Shown here: positions 57,256 through 64,000 of the stretch, in pieces | Layout: each line of letters begins with the position of its first letter | Numbering within the stretch: the first letter of the stretch is position 1 | Position numbers and translations under genes: made by a program | The notes under the pieces: model-generated | Database searches by the model: none | Seen by the model: the letters and a program-made list of their open reading frames with translations, nothing else | Told to the model about the DNA's origin: nothing | IMG/VR virus record: IMGVR_UViG_3300026521_000527 | Coordinates: 64,001-128,000 of that record | Strand: one strand, 5' to 3' | Origin: a virus | Length of the DNA stretch: 64,000 bases

Positions 57256-58142
57256 AATTCCTCCAAATTTATTAATTTATCTTTTTTATTATTATCTGTA
57301 ATATATTTATTTACTTCTCGACAGAGTTCTAAAACACTCTCCGAGATGAACCTCGGTCGTTTTGGTAATTTCTTTCGTCCAGGATATATTTTAAAATAAA
57401 ATTTTATAATCTTATTCCAATCACGAGTGCCCAGTTTTTTCTTTTTTGGCAACTCAGTGCTATGAATAATTCTAGTTTGATTTTCAAGATGGTTAGCCAT
57501 TCTTCGTAAAACATCAGGCAACTCTTCATTCGAAATTCCATGACGACCAGCATTATTTTCTGATCTGGCTATAAATGTATTGCATTGAGAACAACATACA
57601 TTTCTAATAAATCCAGTACCTTTAACTTTTTTAGTATGCATGTGGTCTAATACTGGTTGTTTTATAATGTTATTACATATTGGACACCTTGGATTTAATT
57701 CCATAAAACTATCCCTTAGTGTAGATATTGCTTTTGTCTTCGCACCCCAAATATGCTCCCAATGATACAATTCCCCTTTAAAAGAAAATCCACTAACACC
57801 TCCAAATTTAGCCAATTTTTTATTATAGAATCTATAACTATCTTCATTAATATATGTATCAATTAAATAAATATGAAACTCTTTTAAATACTTTTTTACA
57901 TAAGGTATGAGTTCTTTTGAACTCATACCTATGAAATTTACGAAATGTATCTCAGTTAATTTATGTATTAATAATAATTCAACATTTCTTTTGCTAAAAT
58001 CCATTGAGTTTAATATATCCATTGATGATAGATTAATATACGAACAATAATGACATTTAGAATATTCATCTTGGTTTGGTGATATATAGAAATCTCCGTG
58101 AATTTCACACGTCCGTTGTTCGAAAGCCCAACTGTTATTCAT
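57249..58142 (-). CDS. Endonuclease VII-like nuclease with extra N-terminal Zn finger
   Basis: CPIC......VLDH.H....G.IR.VCC..CN (EndoVII); N-terminal CEIHG...CHYC. Confidence 0.75.
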   Translation of the reverse strand: MNNSWAFEQRTCEIHGDFYISPNQDEYSKCHYCSYINLSSMDILNSMDFSKRNVELLLIHKLTEIHFVNFIGMSSKELIPYVKKYLKEFHIYLIDTYINEDSYRFYNKKLAKFGGVSGFSFKGELYHWEHIWGAKTKAISTLRDSFMELNPRCPICNNIIKQPVLDHMHTKKVKGTGFIRNVCCSQCNTFIARSENNAGRHGISNEELPDVLRRMANHLENQTRIIHSTELPKKKKLGTRDWNKIIKFYFKIYPGRKKLPKRPRFISESVLELCREVNKYITDNNKKDKLINLEELC

Positions 58143-58632
58143 GATTATTTTCCTTAAAATATGGTTTCATATCAAGGTCAACAATTACTTCCTTTGAGTT
58201 CCAAATGAACCAAACAACTTTTTTATTTTTTTTATCAACAAGAGCTAAATTCTTATTGTGTTTAAAAAATGGAGTGTATCTATCTAAAATATTTTTAATA
58301 TCTTTATCAGAAATAATTCTCTCTTTCTTTAATGCGTCAAGATATGTTTTAAAATGATCAAGATAATTTTTAAGATTCAATATAGTATTCTTTTCTGACT
58401 CAAGGAAAGTTGGATTATATTTTTTTAAAAATTCTTTGACATTTGAATTGCTTTGTAATAAATCATATTCGAGTTCTAAATGACTCTTTACTTTATGAGG
58501 AGCCGATTTTTTCTTCGGCTCCTCCTTAAAAAATACTTTTATATTCTTCTGCATATTCGAAGTATATTTCTTTAAAAGATCTAATATTTTACCTTCCGTT
58601 AGTATTTCAATTCTATGATAATCTAGGCTCAA
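58135..58632 (-). CDS. Hypothetical basic protein
   Basis: 165-aa ORF. Confidence 0.6.
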   Translation of the reverse strand: MSLDYHRIEILTEGKILDLLKKYTSNMQKNIKVFFKEEPKKKSAPHKVKSHLELEYDLLQSNSNVKEFLKKYNPTFLESEKNTILNLKNYLDHFKTYLDALKKERIISDKDIKNILDRYTPFFKHNKNLALVDKKNKKVVWFIWNSKEVIVDLDMKPYFKENNHE

Positions 58633-61600
58633 TTATTGCTCCTATAAAATAAGCTTCAATCAATTGTTTAGTTTTTGATTGTTGCGAATCAACTTTAATA
58701 TCACTTGTTACCGGCATCTGTCCTGTCTTAAGAATTGAATTCATTAGTTTTCTAGAACTTTCTTGATTATCTGATCTCATACCATGAAGCTCTTTAATCA
58801 AATGTCCTGGTTTTCTTGTACTCAAAGAGAATAAATCATATATTCCTATCTTAATTGCACCATTACCAACTTTGGTACCACTTCTTCCTTGACCTGTAGT
58901 AAATTGTCTTTTTACCTTTAAGCTACCTCTAGTTGAACTCATAATTTTTGGAAAGTGCTCCAAATAATAAATTTGAAGGATTCCTACCGGGACTGGTCTG
59001 TCAGTATAAATATCTTCTTCAGGAATATAAACTTTCTCATCAAGTGGGATTCCTAATATTTTGGCAGCCTCTTCGATATTTTTAATTGTCATTTTATTCT
59101 TATGAGGAGGAACCAGTAATGGAAATGCAGGTCTATTTAAAGGATCCGATTGATTAACATATTTTATAATTTCTGGTGTACTTTTACTGTCGAAGAAACC
59201 CATAACTTCATTAATTAAAAATTGGTCCGGACTTGCATCCATTGCACCAAATACACTTAAAATTAAACTTCTAGCTTTATCAATTTGCTTGGTTCCGATT
59301 AACTCTTTTACTTTTTTATTTAGATAATATACAACCTTACCACTATATAAATTTAAAATAATACTTGGGTTTTTTCTCGAAATAATTGAAACTGGAGTTG
59401 GAATGAACTCAATATCCAATTTAGTGTCTAAAGATTTTGGATCCTTTCCCTTTGGAATCATATATTGGATTGTACCTTTTCCTCCGGTTCCACCTAGAGT
59501 AAATTTACTACCTGATCTAATTTCATTTCGTCCTTCTATATAAACCTCAATTACAGCACCCTCAAATTCATGTCCATTAACCTTATGTCCACCGACAACC
59601 AACATCTGAGAATTCTCAACATTAGATGTACAATCTGCATATCGTTTATGATTATGTTTATATAATTCACATTCTTTTAACTTCTCACGAATGTTTTTTG
59701 TAATTGAGTTCCATTTCTCGAGCACTTTCTTATCGATATTTTTATCATTTACTCTAATAATAATATCTTTAATTACACCACCCATTGAACGATAAATAAC
59801 ATTATTTCCAGAGAACTCGACTCCAGTTAATACAGTTTCACCTGAATCTGAATCATCGTTATAATCTTCAAGATTGAAATTACTATCTTTATAATACGAA
59901 CATAATATATCTCCTGGCTTCGTGTTTCGCCCAACGGTTAAAAAATCTTCTTTTATTTTGGCACCAGTTGGAATAAGAATTGTAATTTTTTCGTGAATTT
60001 TATTAGTAAATTTATCTGTTAACTTACTAGAAACAACCCAACCATCTTCATAATTCATTCCACGATATGACATTAAAGCAACAACTAGGTTCTTCCCTGG
60101 AGACATCTTTCCTGTTTTTAAACTATTGGTTGCAGCCAATACATCACCTTTAAAAACTTTCTGCCCTTCTTTAACCATAACATTATACTTAAGAGGCATG
60201 TAAATTCCACGCTTGGTCCTTGACCTCTTCTCTTTAATATTGTATCTGATTAATTCTCCGTCTTTCCCAATAATATTAATGTACTCTTTATCAATTGATT
60301 TTACTCGACCGTCCATTTTCGCTTTGATTGCGAATCGATCAGATACTAAATGAGGAACTATTGATTCAAATCCAGTTTGCACAAGAGGTTCATCTGGATT
60401 ATCTAATTGGACAAATTGGCTAAATTGTTGGTTACCCATAACTCTACGAGTTGTATCATCGTACTCATAAAAAGGCAATAGACTCTCAGTCGCAGATAAA
60501 TTTTCGAATGGATTTCTATCATTAGTAAAAGATTTAATTTGAATTGACCCAAATCTATCTTTAATTGTTGCTTTATTAGTCAGTGTTTGGTTTAATCCAA
60601 TTCCACCATATTCATTGGTGGTTGTCGCAGCCACCGTTCCGAAATATGATCTATTTAAATCTCTCTTTGGTAAAGTGACCTGTTCCTTTTTCATATTACC
60701 AATACCAGTTTTTGTAATCTTAGATGAAAGTAATAGTTCTTCAAGTGGATTTGTCGATTGTGTAAATTGAAACATACCACTACTCATCATCTCCTGAGTA
60801 ATAAAATATGGATGAAGTTCTAACATGGCGTCGTAACCACTTCCACTATTCTTAACTCTTTTTAATTTAGCTAAAGCTTTCTGAAGCATTTTATAACCAG
60901 CGTGAGAAATAGCCTCGGACATACGAATTCTTTGGGTACTTAAATCTTCGATTATTTCAACATCGGAGTTCAATAATAATTTTGGAACGTATTTTCCAAA
61001 AAGATCATAAATATCTGTTGGTATATTATACGTTTTTAAAATTTTTGAAGTGGTGTTATCAATAAAACTCTCAGTTGCTTCTCTTGTCTTTTTAACATAT
61101 CGCCCATCACTACCTTTTAATTCAAAAAATGGATTATAAAGATCAGGATCATTTAGTTTTTTCTTAGTGGTTGGAAAAACCATAGATGCCCCAATACGAA
61201 GACCATTGATAAAATATTCCTCAGTTAAAGACGTTGAAAAAATTGCAAGATATTTTATTTTGGTATCATCTATTTTTAAATTTAAAGCAGCGTCTTTATT
61301 TCTAACTTTGGCATATTGATATTTAATTCCAAGAAAATCTAGAGTATTAAGTAACCCTTTATTCATTATAAAAAAATGAATCAGTGCTATTTCTTTAGCT
61401 TGCATTCTTAGGCCAAAATAAGGTTTAGAAGATTTTGATTTCAAATCAATTCTTGAATTTATATGCTCCTTCGCGAAATTATTCCAAAGGTTCATTATGA
61501 ACTCAGTTATATGCTCTTTTGGAAAATGATTCTCATCTCCCTCTTTGGTTTTATAATGAACATCTTCTGATGTTGGTGAAATATAAGCATATTCAATTAA

Positions 61601-63412
61601 TTCCCTATTTTTATATAATTTATAAAACTTGAATTTTTTAGGACCATCTTCAAAAGGATTCTTTTCAACAGCATCCTTATAATTTAATTCATATATAAGT
61701 CCATCAGAGACCATCTCAACATCAAAAAATATATCATTAGGTACTGATTTTGGAATATTATATTTTTCTTTAAAGAAGTCAATTTCATCTTTCGTATAAT
61801 TATTAGATGATTTAATTTTTTTCAAACCCTCGAGTTTCTTTTTGAAATTTATAAGAATATCACCTTGATTTTTTTGCTCTGTAATCCCATGACTTTTCAA
61901 TGTTATAGCTGATGTTGAATAGTGAGTATACACACGAACTATATTCGGTTTAACCTTAATAACTGGTTTTGGGAAAAATTGATTTGTCATAATATAATTT
62001 CCAGAATTCAGTTTTAAATATTTACCTTGAGCTGGATAAGGAATATGGAACTTTACAGTATAAGGTTTAGTGTTGCCGAACTCTTTATGTTGAATTTTTA
62101 TTTTGAATGTTTTAAAACGATCTTTATAATTATCAGTGATTTCAGAACTTATTCCAAGAATTTTTATTTTTAAATCAGGATCGGATTCTAATGATTTAAT
62201 TAAATCATACATTGCTTCATCTAGGTTTTGGTCAAACTCTGAACTTTGTCTACCATACGCGTGAAAATCATTAAATCCTATTATTTTTAATGGATCAAAA
62301 TATGTATTTGTGGCTGATGCCACTGATTTTGGATTAACTGTAATAACACCATTGTACTTTTTATTTAATTCTTTTATTTCACTTGAAATTTCTTCTATTG
62401 ATTTTGAGTTCTTTTGAACTGTTTTATCAATCTTTTCTTTCACTTTATTATCTTTAGAATCTGATTGCTCTTTAGTAATAATTGAACTATGTTTATTATA
62501 TACATATTTCAATTTTTCCTCAATAGTTTTACCTTTAACAACTTTTGAAGTATTTAAAATATGCTTAATTGCTTCAATGGGATGTTCATTTAACTCATCT
62601 GATTGAACTTTGCTTGACGTTTCCGCACGAAGAGACTTTTTGCGCAACGAGTTTAAATTATGTAAAATATCAATATCATTTTTTATATTTAATATTTCTT
62701 CATCTGGATTAACTTCTTCTTGTGTTATATTTTGATTATGAACCTCTTTAAAAAATCTAGTAATAATATTCATATTTATTTTTAAATACGGTCCATCTTT
62801 ATCTTCTTCGATTGTAGTGATTGGCCAATATCTTCCTGAACCTATGAACACAACACCGTCTATATTTTTTAAGCGAATTTTATTTTGTATCATTCGGCTA
62901 TAATATAAAAAAGTTTCTGCAAAAGTGTCAGTTTGAACATCATTATTATCAATTATCAAATACACTTCTTTATCGGGTGATGTTGTTTTACTATCTTTTG
63001 CGAAAGAATCAACTAGTGTTAAAAATGACTCCATTGTTTGTCTTTTTGATCTGGTTTTAATCAAATTTGAAAATAATTCTGAAAGTGGAGTCAAGTCAAC
63101 AATAACACTTTGCTGTTCTTTCTGGGCACGCATAAATTTTTTCTGAATTCTTATCTGTGGTATGAATTTTTTTGCGTCTTTGAAGTAAACATTAGTGAAT
63201 ACTTTTTTCCCCAAGAAATTAAAAGCAGGGGGTATTAGAATATAATCCCAGAAATTTTTTTTCCTATATTTCTGAATAAATTGAATACCTTTATCATCGA
63301 TAGAGTACTCTGGGAAATATATTAAATTCGCCCCGATATTTTTATCGTTTCTAAACATAATGTTTGATGTAGGTATTTTATTTTTTATAACAGTAGATAT
63401 CTTTAACATCAT
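58613..63412 (-). CDS. rpoB: Second, unsplit RNA polymerase beta subunit with ~400-aa N-terminal extension (candidate virion RNAP)
   Basis: YLKLNSGNY...Q, SYFG......T.E.G.IG, DDTTRRVMGNQQFSQ, GKNLVVALM.Y.G.NYEDG, GSKF...GGKG, PVSIISR.N, YYLEH, TGQ...G...G...G.YD. Confidence 0.92.
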   Translation of the reverse strand: MMLKISTVIKNKIPTSNIMFRNDKNIGANLIYFPEYSIDDKGIQFIQKYRKKNFWDYILIPPAFNFLGKKVFTNVYFKDAKKFIPQIRIQKKFMRAQKEQQSVIVDLTPLSELFSNLIKTRSKRQTMESFLTLVDSFAKDSKTTSPDKEVYLIIDNNDVQTDTFAETFLYYSRMIQNKIRLKNIDGVVFIGSGRYWPITTIEEDKDGPYLKINMNIITRFFKEVHNQNITQEEVNPDEEILNIKNDIDILHNLNSLRKKSLRAETSSKVQSDELNEHPIEAIKHILNTSKVVKGKTIEEKLKYVYNKHSSIITKEQSDSKDNKVKEKIDKTVQKNSKSIEEISSEIKELNKKYNGVITVNPKSVASATNTYFDPLKIIGFNDFHAYGRQSSEFDQNLDEAMYDLIKSLESDPDLKIKILGISSEITDNYKDRFKTFKIKIQHKEFGNTKPYTVKFHIPYPAQGKYLKLNSGNYIMTNQFFPKPVIKVKPNIVRVYTHYSTSAITLKSHGITEQKNQGDILINFKKKLEGLKKIKSSNNYTKDEIDFFKEKYNIPKSVPNDIFFDVEMVSDGLIYELNYKDAVEKNPFEDGPKKFKFYKLYKNRELIEYAYISPTSEDVHYKTKEGDENHFPKEHITEFIMNLWNNFAKEHINSRIDLKSKSSKPYFGLRMQAKEIALIHFFIMNKGLLNTLDFLGIKYQYAKVRNKDAALNLKIDDTKIKYLAIFSTSLTEEYFINGLRIGASMVFPTTKKKLNDPDLYNPFFELKGSDGRYVKKTREATESFIDNTTSKILKTYNIPTDIYDLFGKYVPKLLLNSDVEIIEDLSTQRIRMSEAISHAGYKMLQKALAKLKRVKNSGSGYDAMLELHPYFITQEMMSSGMFQFTQSTNPLEELLLSSKITKTGIGNMKKEQVTLPKRDLNRSYFGTVAATTTNEYGGIGLNQTLTNKATIKDRFGSIQIKSFTNDRNPFENLSATESLLPFYEYDDTTRRVMGNQQFSQFVQLDNPDEPLVQTGFESIVPHLVSDRFAIKAKMDGRVKSIDKEYINIIGKDGELIRYNIKEKRSRTKRGIYMPLKYNVMVKEGQKVFKGDVLAATNSLKTGKMSPGKNLVVALMSYRGMNYEDGWVVSSKLTDKFTNKIHEKITILIPTGAKIKEDFLTVGRNTKPGDILCSYYKDSNFNLEDYNDDSDSGETVLTGVEFSGNNVIYRSMGGVIKDIIIRVNDKNIDKKVLEKWNSITKNIREKLKECELYKHNHKRYADCTSNVENSQMLVVGGHKVNGHEFEGAVIEVYIEGRNEIRSGSKFTLGGTGGKGTIQYMIPKGKDPKSLDTKLDIEFIPTPVSIISRKNPSIILNLYSGKVVYYLNKKVKELIGTKQIDKARSLILSVFGAMDASPDQFLINEVMGFFDSKSTPEIIKYVNQSDPLNRPAFPLLVPPHKNKMTIKNIEEAAKILGIPLDEKVYIPEEDIYTDRPVPVGILQIYYLEHFPKIMSSTRGSLKVKRQFTTGQGRSGTKVGNGAIKIGIYDLFSLSTRKPGHLIKELHGMRSDNQESSRKLMNSILKTGQMPVTSDIKVDSQQSKTKQLIEAYFIGAIIEPRLS

Positions 63413-63424
63413 TATCCTTTATAT

Positions 63425-64000
63425 TTAATTAATCCAGAATATCATATCTTCTGGTGGAATTTCTTTTAAATTCTGAAGAACTTCCTGTTTGAGTTGTTTC
63501 CCCTCTTGTAATATATCATCAGCGTTTAAATCGACCTGCCCATAGGGTGTACTAAACTGTCTAAACTTAGTACGCATTCTGCCGATGAAAATCATAATAT
63601 CAGCTAAAGCCAAATCCAATAAATGTTGATACATATCCGGATTAACTTCAGATGGATCCTTATGAACACATGCTAATTCCGCGATAAAATCTTTTGAAAG
63701 GATATGCGATTCAGGTGAAAATATTACTTCAACTTTATCCGGAGCAAAGAATCTCCAAGTATTTGGTGCCAATGACGTTCTAGCCATATGTTCCATATTG
63801 GTACGCATCAAAAAATCTGTTATATCCCCAGCAGATTGTGCATAATTATAAGTCTGATATAAATCAGACAAAGTATCTCTATTAATGAGTTTATTTATTT
63901 TCATAATACTATAATCAAAATCTTTAAATTGATATATCCATGTTGGCCTTGTTTGAATCGCATCTTCTTCTCTCATTGCATAATATCTTATTAGTGGTGA
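63425..64000 (-). CDS. Neck / head-completion protein (T4 gp13-like); 5' end probably outside the window
   Basis: LALA......G..R.KF.....P.G.V.LNADDI..EG..L; the frame stays open to the window edge upstream of the 63976 ATG. Confidence 0.55.
   Translation of the reverse strand, partial: SPLIRYYAMREEDAIQTRPTWIYQFKDFDYSIMKINKLINRDTLSDLYQTYNYAQSAGDITDFLMRTNMEHMARTSLAPNTWRFFAPDKVEVIFSPESHILSKDFIAELACVHKDPSEVNPDMYQHLLDLALADIMIFIGRMRTKFRQFSTPYGQVDLNADDILQEGKQLKQEVLQNLKEIPPEDMIFWIN

Noticed and set aside
10-57301. Plus-strand ORFs in the track (e.g. 6342..6737, 6433..6636, 32573..32876, 52233..52736) and short nested minus-strand ORFs in alternative frames
   Set aside because: All lie antisense to or inside longer motif-bearing genes. 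The longer ones are open only because they cross stop-free tandem repeats or Lys/Glu-rich codons.
1-64000. Stop-codon reassignment, or phage-nucleus genes (chimallin, PhuZ tubulin)
   Set aside because: Genes are full length and densely packed under the standard code. No tubulin signature or recognisable shell protein occurs in this window, though they could lie elsewhere.

Overview
This window is part of a very AT-rich jumbo-phage genome. All long ORFs lie on the minus strand, and the plus-strand ORFs in the track are shadows. The host is probably a Campylobacterota bacterium, inferred from a ThyX that closely resembles the Campylobacter enzyme as I recall it; no search was run. Four groups of genes are recognisable. 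(i) A T4-like replisome: type IIA topoisomerase large subunit, clamp loader, probable sliding clamp, ATP-dependent ligase, RecJ, an EndoVII-like nuclease, and a family B DNA polymerase broken into three separate, scrambled genes with no inteins. (ii) Two multi-subunit RNA polymerase systems: a four-piece split beta/beta-prime set with a variant catalytic loop (NSDHDGD), plus a separate unsplit 1599-aa beta subunit. (iii) A dispersed 7-deazaguanine DNA-modification pathway: folE, queD, queE, queC, a second GAT-QueC fusion and a TGT/DpdA-like transglycosylase. (iv) Virion and accessory genes: an NlpC/P60 plus lysozyme tail protein, a gp13-like neck protein, a MoxR/VWA pair, ClpP, a BCS1-like ATPase and paralog arrays. 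ThyX appears as two adjacent, reciprocally degenerate half-copies. Non-coding features are nine perfect 31-36 bp palindromes, mostly at gene ends (four hairpin elements carry a conserved adjacent GCAC(A)G-type motif), a bipartite promoter-like motif in three copies, nested multi-hairpin elements, and a GC-rich ~200-nt structured ncRNA candidate upstream of the RNAP cluster. All functional calls rest on motif recognition by eye.
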